32,000 nt of DNA from Delftia acidovorans NBRC 14950 (lineage in GTDB: Bacteria; Pseudomonadota; Gammaproteobacteria; Burkholderiales; Burkholderiaceae_C): assembly GCF_001598795.1 (NCBI RefSeq), contig NZ_BCZP01000008.1, forward strand, positions 150,001-182,000. The letters are read 5' to 3'. Below the pieces are notes generated by a model that saw only the letters and a program-made list of their open reading frames with translations, searched no databases and was not told the origin of the DNA. The position numbers were made by a program, and so were the translations under genes. Shown in pieces: positions 24,514 to 32,000 of the stretch (its first letter is position 1; the number at the start of each line of letters is the position of its first letter).

Positions 24514-25370
24514 GGCCGCTCGCAGACACGCAGCACCCAGCAGGCCGCCGCCAGGGTATCGGCCGCGCCGCCCGGTGAAAGGCGGCGCGCCACGAAATCG
24601 TCGCAAATGGCCTGCGCCCTGGACAGGCCGTCGGGATGCGCGCAGCCGCCCGCCTGGAGAAAGCGCCGCGCGGCATCCTGGCCTTGGCGCAGCCCCTGCA
24701 TGCCCGCGCGGTGGGCGAGGTTGCAGTCGTCCAGCACCGCCATGATGTGGAACAGGGCCTCCAGCCGCGCCAAGGGAGCGGGCAGCCCGCTGGCATGCGC
24801 TCTGGCCAGCGCCGGCACGGCGGTCTCGAACAAAACGGGGAAACCCAGGGCCGCCTCCTGCGATGCGCCCCGCAGGCCGTGGCGGCGCGCGGCGATGCCG
24901 CCGGGCAGGGCGGAGGTCCGCAGGCTGCGCTGCTGCAGCGCATCGCCCCAGTGGCGGCACAGGGCCTCGCGCAGCCATGCGGCGCCGGGAATGCAGGCCT
25001 GCTCGGCCAGCACCGCGCCGCCGGCCGCGCACAGCAGGCCCAGCATGAAGACGGCGCCACGGTGGGTGTTGATGCCGCCGGTGGCGGCCAGCATGCGCTG
25101 CTCCGCCTCGATGCCCAGGCGCTCCAGCACGGGAAACGATGCGCCCTGGCTGCCTGCCTGGGCCATTTTGGGGAAGTAGCTGCGCAGCGCGAACAGGCTG
25201 CGCATGAAGCTGTGGGCATCCATGTCGTCATGGCTGCCGCGGTCCACCAGGGTCACCAGGCCGGGCTTGGGCGTCAGCGACAGCTCGTCGTAGAGGGCCA
25301 GCGTGGCCGCGCGGCCGATATGCCCGGTCGATGGCAAGGCCCGGGCCGGGTGGAGAAGGGCAGGTTTCAT
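24510..25370 (-). CDS. mdcB: Triphosphoribosyl-dephospho-CoA synthase
   Basis: LYDELSLTPKPGLVTLVDRGSHDDMD is typical of MdcB/CitG. The ATG at 25370 overlaps the mdcG TGA (ATGA). Confidence 0.85.
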   Translation of the reverse strand: MKPALLHPARALPSTGHIGRAATLALYDELSLTPKPGLVTLVDRGSHDDMDAHSFMRSLFALRSYFPKMAQAGSQGASFPVLERLGIEAEQRMLAATGGINTHRGAVFMLGLLCAAGGAVLAEQACIPGAAWLREALCRHWGDALQQRSLRTSALPGGIAARRHGLRGASQEAALGFPVLFETAVPALARAHASGLPAPLARLEALFHIMAVLDDCNLAHRAGMQGLRQGQDAARRFLQAGGCAHPDGLSRAQAICDDFVARRLSPGGAADTLAAACWVLRVCERP

Positions 25371-26080
25371 GCAGGAACTCCAGGCGCCGCAGCCGGCGCA
25401 CACCATTCATGGTCTTCACGCAGTGCCACCCCGTGCAGGCCCTTGACCAGGACCGATCGCACCTTGCCTGCACGCCAGGCGGCCCATTCGCGCCAGGCCA
25501 CGGCCCAGCCGCCGGGAAACACCAGCTCGGCATCCACGCGCGGGCCTTCCTGCGGCATGGCCTGCAGCAGGCTGGCCAGCCGATCGCCCTGTTCGGCGCC
25601 ATCGACCGGCACCCAGAGGTCGATGTCCGAGCCGGGCCGCAGATAGGGCAGACCCGTGATGCACTGCCACCCGTGGCTGCCGAAGACAAAGCCCGTCGCG
25701 CAGGCCGTGTGCAATCGCTGCTGCAAGGAGTCCAGCGCCTGGCGCAGGGCGCCGGACACCGCCAGGGGCGAGGCCATCAGCTCGTCCAGCGAGGGAAATT
25801 CGCGGGTGCCGATGGCCGCGCCGCGCGCCACATCGAAGCCCATGCGCCGCCGCTGCCAGCGCCCGGGCGCAGGCAGGCCCAGCGCCATCAGGCCGGCGGC
25901 GGCATGCTCGGCCGACTGCCGCGCGACCACCAGCGGCAGTGCATGGTCGCGCCAGTGCGTGAGGATCTCGCGCGCCTGCGCATCCCAGGGGCGTTCCAGC
26001 AGGTCCGCCCAGGCCTGCGGGCCCAGGTCCACCAGCTGGTGGCGGTGCAGGGTGTCCAGCATGCTGCGGCCTGCCTTCAT
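25367..26080 (-). CDS. mdcG: Malonate decarboxylase holo-ACP synthase (phosphoribosyl-dephospho-CoA transferase)
   Basis: The protein is about 237 aa. The C-terminal nucleotidyltransferase-like block LRPGSDIDLWVP matches MdcG, as does its position in the operon. The ATG at 26080 overlaps the mdcE TGA, and an alternative ATG lies at 26062. Confidence 0.75.
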   Translation of the reverse strand: MKAGRSMLDTLHRHQLVDLGPQAWADLLERPWDAQAREILTHWRDHALPLVVARQSAEHAAAGLMALGLPAPGRWQRRRMGFDVARGAAIGTREFPSLDELMASPLAVSGALRQALDSLQQRLHTACATGFVFGSHGWQCITGLPYLRPGSDIDLWVPVDGAEQGDRLASLLQAMPQEGPRVDAELVFPGGWAVAWREWAAWRAGKVRSVLVKGLHGVALREDHEWCAPAAAPGVPA

Positions 26081-26778
26081 CCAGCGGCCAGGACGCGCTG
26101 CACCACCTCGGCGGCCAGCTTGCGGCCGCCGCGCTCGGCGCCGTCCAGTGCGCGCATGTCCTCGCGCGGGCTGTGGGCCAGGGCGTCGCGCAGCGCCGCC
26201 TGCAGATCGCCTTGCCACAGGCCGCGCACGCCGCCCATGGCCACGTAGTTGCCCACGCCGGGGGCGAACACCGGGTTGGACTCGGACAGGGCATTGAGCA
26301 GGGACTCGGGCAGCTTGGTGATGCGCGACATGGCGGGGATGCGCATCACGCGGATCTCGGCCTCGGGCAGGGCGTAGCAGGCATCGGCGATCAGGCCCGA
26401 GGTGATGAAGCCGCCCGACAGCGCCTGGTCATAGACCAGGCCGATGACGCGGTGGCCCCGGCGCCGTGCCAGGTCGATGCAGGTGCCCAGGTGGGCCATG
26501 GCACGGTTGATGCCCAGCAGCTCGTCATGGCGGCGCAGTTGCTGGCCCTGCGTGTCGATCAGCAGCAAGATGGGGCGGCCAGGGTGCGCGCCGACCGTCT
26601 CCAGCACCACCCGGGCCTGGGCCAGGGCCAGCCGCACGCCGATGGGCGCGTGGCCCGTGGTGCCGACGATGGCGAGGGTCTGGCCATCGAACACGGCGTG
26701 GCCTTCGAGGAAATCGCCGTTGGCGTGAATCTGGTGGCCCGGGCCGAACAGGTGCTCGGCAAGTGTGTTCCATTGCAT
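26077..26778 (-). CDS. mdcE: Malonate decarboxylase gamma subunit (carboxyltransferase)
   Basis: The sequence MQWNTLAEHLFG...LLIDTQGQQLRRHDELLGINRAMAHL is MdcE-like. The ATG is at 26778. Confidence 0.85.
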   Translation of the reverse strand: MQWNTLAEHLFGPGHQIHANGDFLEGHAVFDGQTLAIVGTTGHAPIGVRLALAQARVVLETVGAHPGRPILLLIDTQGQQLRRHDELLGINRAMAHLGTCIDLARRRGHRVIGLVYDQALSGGFITSGLIADACYALPEAEIRVMRIPAMSRITKLPESLLNALSESNPVFAPGVGNYVAMGGVRGLWQGDLQAALRDALAHSPREDMRALDGAERGGRKLAAEVVQRVLAAG

Positions 26779-26783
26779 GGCGG

Positions 26784-27701
26784 CTACTCCTGTGAAATGC
26801 CAGTGGCGGGCGTCGTGCGCAAGGCACGCACGGCGGCGGCGTCCAGGTCGGGCACGCGCCAGGCGTCGGGCACGCCCAGTGCCTGCCACAGGCGCATGGC
26901 CTCGTCCTGAGGGCCGATGGCGCTGCCCGCCTTGAGGGCGTCCAGGGTGTCCAGCCGCGCGCGCAGCAGCGCATGCTCCTGCAGCAGCCCTTCAAGACTC
27001 ACCGGACGGGAGTGGTCCAGCGCGGCGATGGCGGCGACGCGGAAGGCCTCGACATCGTCGGCCACCAGCGCATCGCAGTCGCCGCACAGCCAGCGGTGCT
27101 TGCCGCCCGTGGTGCGCCAGACCAGGGCGCGGTCGCGCGCATCGAATTCATCGACGCCGTGCGAGGCCTCGATCACCTCCGGTCCCGACATGGCCAGGCG
27201 GCCGATGTCGCTCATCACCACCTGGTCGGCGCAGCGCGCCACGATGCCCATGCCGCCGAAGCAGCCGTTGGCCCCGCCGATGAGGACCACCACAGGGATG
27301 CCAGAGGCGCGCACGTCCAGCAGGGCGCGCATGACCTCCGACACCGCGATCAGCCCGGCATTGGCCTCATGCAGCCGAACGCCGCCCGACTCGGCCAGCA
27401 GCAGCACGGCCGCGGGCCGCTCCAGTAGGGCGCGGCGCAGCAGGCCCACGAGCTTGGCGCCATGCACCTCGCCCACGCCCCCGCCCATGAATTCGCCCTC
27501 CTGCGCGGCCACAAACACCGTGCGCCGGCCCAGCAGGCCCCGGCCGATGGCCACGCCGTCGTCAAAGGCGCTGGGCACGCCCAGCTGTGCCAGATGCGGG
27601 CTGGTCAGCCGCTCGGAGGGCGGCAGCCATTCATGGAAGCTGCCGGCATCCAGCAGCTTCGCCAGGCGCTCGCGCGCCGTGCATTCCGCGTAGCTGATCA
27701 T
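26784..27701 (-). CDS. mdcD: Malonate decarboxylase beta subunit (carboxyltransferase)
   Basis: MISYAECTARERLAKLLDAGSFHEW...FVAAQEGEFMGGGVGEVHGAK is the carboxyltransferase N-domain pattern. The ATG at 27701 overlaps the mdcC TGA (ATGA). Confidence 0.85.
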   Translation of the reverse strand: MISYAECTARERLAKLLDAGSFHEWLPPSERLTSPHLAQLGVPSAFDDGVAIGRGLLGRRTVFVAAQEGEFMGGGVGEVHGAKLVGLLRRALLERPAAVLLLAESGGVRLHEANAGLIAVSEVMRALLDVRASGIPVVVLIGGANGCFGGMGIVARCADQVVMSDIGRLAMSGPEVIEASHGVDEFDARDRALVWRTTGGKHRWLCGDCDALVADDVEAFRVAAIAALDHSRPVSLEGLLQEHALLRARLDTLDALKAGSAIGPQDEAMRLWQALGVPDAWRVPDLDAAAVRALRTTPATGISQE

Positions 27702-28030
27702 GGCTGGCCTCCCTGCAGTTCGGCCAGGGCCTGGTCCAGCCGCAGGCTGACCACGGCCGGCGTGGCCCCCATGTCGTTGATGGACACGCGCACGCCGCCC
27801 ACAGGGTGGCGCTCGCGAAAATCCTCCACCACGGCCTGCCAGATGGCGCCGAAGCCGTGTGCCGAGGTCTGCACCTGCACTTCGCAGCCATCGCCGCCCG
27901 TGCTCTCCAGCATCACCTCCAGATTGCCCGAGCCGACCACGCCGACCAGGACGGGGGCAAAGGCGCCGGCCGGCCGGCCGCCTGCGAAGCAATAGCTCAG
28001 GGACTCCAGCCCTGCGGGTATCTCGCTCAT
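27698..28030 (-). CDS. mdcC: Malonate decarboxylase acyl carrier protein (delta subunit)
   Basis: The 110-aa protein contains VLVGVVGSGNLEVMLE, which holds the prosthetic-group Ser context of MdcC/CitD-type ACPs. An AGGAGA RBS is present. Confidence 0.85.
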   Translation of the reverse strand: MSEIPAGLESLSYCFAGGRPAGAFAPVLVGVVGSGNLEVMLESTGGDGCEVQVQTSAHGFGAIWQAVVEDFRERHPVGGVRVSINDMGATPAVVSLRLDQALAELQGGQP

Positions 28031-28040
28031 GTCGTCTCTC

Positions 28041-29723
28041 CTACCAGTTCCTGAATCGGCGGGGAGGCTGATACAGCCCGCCCGAGGCCTGGGCCAGATC
28101 GCGCATGCTGCGCGCGGCCAGCAGATTGCGCGTGGCCTGGCGCGGGTCGATGCCCAGATCCTGCGGACGGCGGATCACCCCGCGGTCACGCAGGTTCTCC
28201 ACCATGCGACGGTCGCGCGCCAGGCCCACGGCCGTGTAGCCGGCCACGCCGCGGATGGCCTGCTCGCGCTCTTCGTCGCTGCGGCACAGCAGCAGGTTGG
28301 CAATGCCTTCCTCCGTCAGGATGTGGGTCACGTCCTCGCCGTAGATCATGATGGGCGGCAGGTCCATGCCGGCCTGCTCCTGCAGCGTCCAGGCATCGAG
28401 CCGCTCCACGAAGGCGGGCTGCATGTGCTCGCGGAAGGTCTCCACCATCTGCACCACCAGCTTTTGCCCGCGTGGCGTGCCTGCCGCGCCGCTGCGGCCC
28501 GCCCGCGCCTCGCGCCCGGCCTTGAGCCAGGCGGCGCTGGCATGGCGCCGGCCGCGCGCGTCCGCACCCATGTTGGGGGCGCCGCCGAAGCCGGCAATGC
28601 GCCCCAGCGTCGCGGTGGAGCTGTTGCCGTCCAGGTCGATCTGCAGCGTCGAGCCGATGAACAGGTCGCAGGCATAGTGGCCCGCCGCCTGGCAGAAGGC
28701 GCGGTTGCTGCGCAGGCTGCCGTCGGCGCCGGTGAAGAACACGTCCGAGCGCGCCCGGATGTAGTCCTCCATGCCCAGCTCGGAGCCGAACGAATGGATG
28801 GACTCCACCCAGCCGGCCTCGATGGCCGGTATCAGCGCCGGATGCGGGTTCAGCGCCCAGTGCCGCGCAATGCGGCCCTTCAGCCCCAGCGATTCGCCGT
28901 AGGTCGGCAGCAGCAGCTCGATGGCTGCCGTGTCGAAGCCGATGCCATGGTTCAGGCGCTGGACCTCGTACTCGGCGTAGATGCCCTTGATGGCCATCAT
29001 GGCCATCAGCACCTGGATTTCGCTGATCTGGGCCGGGTCGCGCGTGAACAGCGGCTCGATGACGTTGGGCCGGGGCGCCTGCACGACGAAATGCACCCAG
29101 TCCGAGGGAATGTCCACGCGCGGCAGCGCCGTGGTGGTGCCATCCACCATCTCGTTGACCTGGGCGATGACGATGCCGCCCGAAAAGGCCGTGGCCTCGA
29201 CGATGGCCGGCGTGTCCTCGGTGTTGGGGCCGGTGTACAGGTTGCCCTGGGCATCGGCCGCGTGGGCCGCCACCAGGGCCACCTTGGGCGTCAGGTCCAC
29301 GAAGTAGCGCGCGAACAGCTCCAGGTAGGTGTGGATGGCCCCGATCTCCAGCTGCCGGGCCGAGACCAGCTTGGCCAGCCGCGCCCCTTGCGGGCCGGAG
29401 AAGCTGAAGTCCAGCCGCCGCGCGATGCCGTTTTCAAACACATCCAGGTGCTCCGGCAGCGCCAGCACCGACTGCACCATGTGCAGGTCGTGCACCTGCT
29501 GCGGATCGAGCTGGACCAGGGCGCGGGCCAGGAAGTCGGCCTGCTTCTGGTTGTTGCCTTCGAGGCAGACGCGGTCGCCGGGCGCCAGCACGGCGTGCAG
29601 CAGCTCGGTGATGGCGCCGGCATCGACGCGCTTGCCGGCCAGGCGCGGCCCGAGGGCTGCCTGGGCGCGCGCCAGCCTGGCGGCGCGCTCCCCGGCTTTG
29701 AGGTTCCAGGAGGGGTCAGTCAT
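28041..29723 (-). CDS. mdcA: Malonate decarboxylase alpha subunit (acetyl-S-ACP:malonate ACP transferase)
   Basis: The 560-aa protein has MdcA-like size and sequence (MTDPSWNLKAGERAARL...) and is the first enzyme gene of the mdc cluster. Confidence 0.85.
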   Translation of the reverse strand: MTDPSWNLKAGERAARLARAQAALGPRLAGKRVDAGAITELLHAVLAPGDRVCLEGNNQKQADFLARALVQLDPQQVHDLHMVQSVLALPEHLDVFENGIARRLDFSFSGPQGARLAKLVSARQLEIGAIHTYLELFARYFVDLTPKVALVAAHAADAQGNLYTGPNTEDTPAIVEATAFSGGIVIAQVNEMVDGTTTALPRVDIPSDWVHFVVQAPRPNVIEPLFTRDPAQISEIQVLMAMMAIKGIYAEYEVQRLNHGIGFDTAAIELLLPTYGESLGLKGRIARHWALNPHPALIPAIEAGWVESIHSFGSELGMEDYIRARSDVFFTGADGSLRSNRAFCQAAGHYACDLFIGSTLQIDLDGNSSTATLGRIAGFGGAPNMGADARGRRHASAAWLKAGREARAGRSGAAGTPRGQKLVVQMVETFREHMQPAFVERLDAWTLQEQAGMDLPPIMIYGEDVTHILTEEGIANLLLCRSDEEREQAIRGVAGYTAVGLARDRRMVENLRDRGVIRRPQDLGIDPRQATRNLLAARSMRDLAQASGGLYQPPRRFRNW

Positions 29724-29787
29724 GGGGTATCAGGGGTTGGCGTGACATGGAGGGGGCAGGGGGCGGGCGTCCCGTCGAAGTGCCTGG

Positions 29788-31161
29788 CTAGAGGACCACG
29801 AACAGCAGCCACACGAGCAGCGGCGCCACCAGGGTGACAAGGCCGCCGTAGACCATCAGCTGGCGGAAGAAGCGGTCGCGGTCCACGCCCTTGGCATTGG
29901 CCAGGACGAGGGCGCCGTTGGTCGAGAAGGGGCTGACATCCACGATGGTCGAGGACACGGCCATGGCCGCGATGAAGCCGACGGCGCTCACATCGGAGCC
30001 GCCCTGCAGGAAGGGAACGGCCAGCGGAATCAGCGAGCCCAGCACCGCCGTCGAGGAGGCGAAGGCCGACACCACGGCGCCCACGAAGCACAGCAGCAAG
30101 GCCGCCACCAGGGGCGAGGTCAGCTGCGCCACGCTGTGGCCTACGAAGTCGATGGTGCCCATCTTGTCCATCACGCCCACATAGGTGCTGACACCCACGA
30201 TGAGCATGATCTCGGGCCAGGACACCTGGCCCAGCGCGCGCTTTTGCAGGTTGGGCGCCATCAGCGTCAGCACCAGGCCGATGGTGATGGAGACAAAGCC
30301 GATGTCCTGCTTGAAGAACAGGGTGAGGACCGCGAGCGCCAGCAGGCCGACCACGGTGGCCACCTGGTAGCTGCGCGATTGCGGTGCGGCGTCCTGTTCA
30401 GGGGCGGCGCGCATCAGCGAGTCGCTGGAGCGTGCAGCCGTGTTGCGCTCCTCGGACAGGGCCTCGCCTTCGGCGTCGCCATACACCTGGGCGCCGCCCT
30501 GGGCATGCGAGACGCGCGGCGTGGCGGGCACGCTGCCATCGGCATCGGCCTTCATGCGCATCAGCCGGGCGCCGCCCATCAGGAAGAACAGCAGCACGGC
30601 CACGGCCAGGTTGACCCCCATGCTGGCCAGCATGGTCGCCATCTCGTTGAGCGGCAGGCCCGCCTTGGCCACGATCTTGTTGGTGATGCCGCCGTAGATG
30701 CTGATGGGCGAGAAGCCGCCGCCCTGCGCGCCATGGATCACCAGCAGACCCATCATCAGCGGATTGATGCCGTACTTGGCGGCAAAGCCCAGGGCAATGG
30801 GCGCGATGATGGCCACGGCCGCAGGGCTGACGGCGCCCACCGCCGTCAGCAGGGCCGCAATGAAGAACATGATCCACGGTATGGCGGCAATGCGCCCGCG
30901 CACGGCGCGCACCGCCATGCGGACCAGCCAGTCGATGGTTCCGTTGTTCTGCGCCAGCGCGAACAGGTAGGTGATGCCCGCCAGCGTCAGAAACAGGTCG
31001 GCGGGGAAACCGCCAATGATGGCCTTGGTCCCCATGCCGGCCACCAGGGTGCCGACCAGGAAGGCCCCGACAAAGGCCAGCAGGCCCATGTTGATGGGCA
31101 GTGCCGTCGCCAGGACGAACATGCCTATCAACGCGCCAATCGATATCCAATGGGAATTCAT
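29788..31161 (-). CDS. MatC-like dicarboxylate (malonate) carrier, ion-transporter superfamily permease
   Basis: The 457-aa polytopic membrane protein has a large central hydrophilic loop. The N-terminus (ISIGALIGMFVLATALPINMGLLAFVGAFLVG...GGFPADLFLTLAGITYLF) resembles MatC-type carriers. It lies immediately upstream of mdcA. I prefer the ATG at 31161. Confidence 0.65.
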   Translation of the reverse strand: MNSHWISIGALIGMFVLATALPINMGLLAFVGAFLVGTLVAGMGTKAIIGGFPADLFLTLAGITYLFALAQNNGTIDWLVRMAVRAVRGRIAAIPWIMFFIAALLTAVGAVSPAAVAIIAPIALGFAAKYGINPLMMGLLVIHGAQGGGFSPISIYGGITNKIVAKAGLPLNEMATMLASMGVNLAVAVLLFFLMGGARLMRMKADADGSVPATPRVSHAQGGAQVYGDAEGEALSEERNTAARSSDSLMRAAPEQDAAPQSRSYQVATVVGLLALAVLTLFFKQDIGFVSITIGLVLTLMAPNLQKRALGQVSWPEIMLIVGVSTYVGVMDKMGTIDFVGHSVAQLTSPLVAALLLCFVGAVVSAFASSTAVLGSLIPLAVPFLQGGSDVSAVGFIAAMAVSSTIVDVSPFSTNGALVLANAKGVDRDRFFRQLMVYGGLVTLVAPLLVWLLFVVL

Positions 31162-31197
31162 GCGATGTCTCCGGTTTTTTATGCGCCTGCAATACGT

Positions 31198-31215
31198 GTG
31201 CATGCTGGTATGCAC
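31198..31215. promoter_or_regulatory. Inverted repeat GTGCAT-N6-ATGCAC upstream of the MatC-like gene (candidate LysR/MdcR operator)
   Basis: The arms 31198-31203 and 31210-31215 are perfect reverse complements. They lie 37-54 nt upstream of the carrier start codon. Confidence 0.3.
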
Positions 31216-31328
31216 GGTACGCGGCGGCCCGGAGCGCATCAATAAAGCGCGAGCGCCAACAATTACGCAGAGAGAAACAATGAAGGGTTAACCCGGCGAA
31301 GCGGGGCTGTCGCCCCCGGCATGCCGGG

Positions 31329-32000
31329 TCAGCCGAGCTGCCCGTTCGCGAGGCGGCACACGCTGAGCAGGGCCAGCAGGTTGGGGTCGCGTTCGCGGGA
31401 GCGCAAAAAGGTCAGCACGATGGTCTGGCGCATCAGGTACCTGGCCTGCAGCGGTATCAGCTGCACCTTCTGCGGCATCACGCCGCGCACCCGCCCGGGC
31501 AGCAGCGTGTAGCCGACGCCGCCGCTGACCAGGTTCATCAGCGAGAAGATGTCATCCGTCTTCATCACCACGTTGGGCGTGAAGCCGGCCACCCGGAAGG
31601 ACTCCATGAAGCCGCCATAGGTCGCAAAGCCTTCGCCCAGGCTCACGAAGTTCTCGCGCGCCATGGCGCCCAGATCGACCTCGGCCAGATGCGCATAGGG
31701 CGAGCCCACGGGCGCGGCAAAGAAAATGTCGTCCTCGAACAGCAGCTGCGTCTGCATGTCGGCGGCGTTGTCCGGCATGGCCATCAGCGCCGCGTCCAGC
31801 GTTCCGTTGCGCAGCCGCTCCAGCAGGCCGGCGTTCGAGCCCAGCACCAGTTCGGTCTGCAGATCGGGGCGGCGCAGCTTCAGCGCCATCACCAGCGCCG
31901 GCACGGTGCGGTTGGTCAGGGAGTACAGCGAGCCGATGCGGATGCGGTCCGCCGAGTAGCCTGCCACCTCGCGCGTGGCGCGTATGCCCTCGGACATGGT
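31329..32000 (-). CDS. LysR-family transcriptional regulator, C-terminal substrate-binding part (N-terminal HTH lies outside the window)
   Basis: ADRIRIGSLYSLTNRTVPALVMALKLRRPDLQTELVLGSNAGLLERLRNGTLDAALM is the typical start of a LysR effector domain. The reading frame stays open to the window edge. Confidence 0.65.
   Translation of the reverse strand, partial: TMSEGIRATREVAGYSADRIRIGSLYSLTNRTVPALVMALKLRRPDLQTELVLGSNAGLLERLRNGTLDAALMAMPDNAADMQTQLLFEDDIFFAAPVGSPYAHLAEVDLGAMARENFVSLGEGFATYGGFMESFRVAGFTPNVVMKTDDIFSLMNLVSGGVGYTLLPGRVRGVMPQKVQLIPLQARYLMRQTIVLTFLRSRERDPNLLALLSVCRLANGQLG

Noticed and set aside
21896-25179. Plus-strand ORFs of 790 aa and 572 aa opposite acs, mdcH and mdcB.
   Set aside because: They are shadow ORFs of a high-GC region. 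The minus strand carries unambiguous Acs and Mdc motifs.
28029-31245. Plus-strand ORFs (602 aa and 369 aa) opposite mdcA and the MatC-like carrier.
   Set aside because: They are shadow ORFs with low-complexity Gly/Arg/His/Gln-rich translations.
31290-31328. GC-rich hairpins (GGGGC-TGTC-GCCCC and CCCGG-CATG-CCGGG) after the LysR stop as a terminator.
   Set aside because: The stems are short, no U-tract follows on the minus strand, and the downstream carrier gene may be co-transcribed.
1-32000. tRNA, rRNA, CRISPR arrays, insertion sequences, and defence-system or toxin gene clusters.
   Set aside because: Reading the intergenic regions on both strands showed no cloverleaf-like or rRNA-like segments and no regularly spaced repeats beyond those listed. 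No large unassigned ORFs remained that could encode such systems.

Overview
This is a high-GC chromosomal segment of betaproteobacterial (Burkholderiales/Comamonadaceae-like) character, with two Bug/TctC-type binding proteins and densely packed genes. I found no rRNA, tRNA, CRISPR array, transposase or integrase.

Gene content from left to right:
- Tail of an aa3-type cytochrome c oxidase biogenesis cluster: COX3 3' end, DUF2909-like protein, SURF1, an SCO-like paralogue and SCO.
- An Aer-like PAS chemoreceptor translationally coupled to a PAS-GGDEF-EAL protein.
- A short lower-GC islet holding an orphan gene and an XRE regulator bracketed by two copies of a 15-16 bp palindrome.
- A Crp/Fnr-family regulator with an FNR-type Cys motif but a CRP-type recognition helix.
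- A tightly packed five-gene minus-strand operon: Bug binding protein, fatty-acid-hydroxylase-family enzyme, membrane desaturase-family enzyme, a KAS III (FabH-like)::heme-oxygenase-like diiron oxidase fusion, and an unknown 328-aa protein.
- rpoH.
- An IclR-controlled Bug / enoyl-CoA hydratase / NDP-forming acyl-CoA synthetase / MmgE-PrpD operon.
- acs.
- A complete biotin-independent malonate decarboxylase operon (mdcACDEGBH) preceded by a MatC-like carrier and a LysR regulator.

The best candidate for an undescribed system is the 8264-13908 operon. It combines a condensing enzyme with three different O2-activating diiron enzyme families.

All functional calls come from reading the translated ORFs and recalling family motifs. 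No database search was run.
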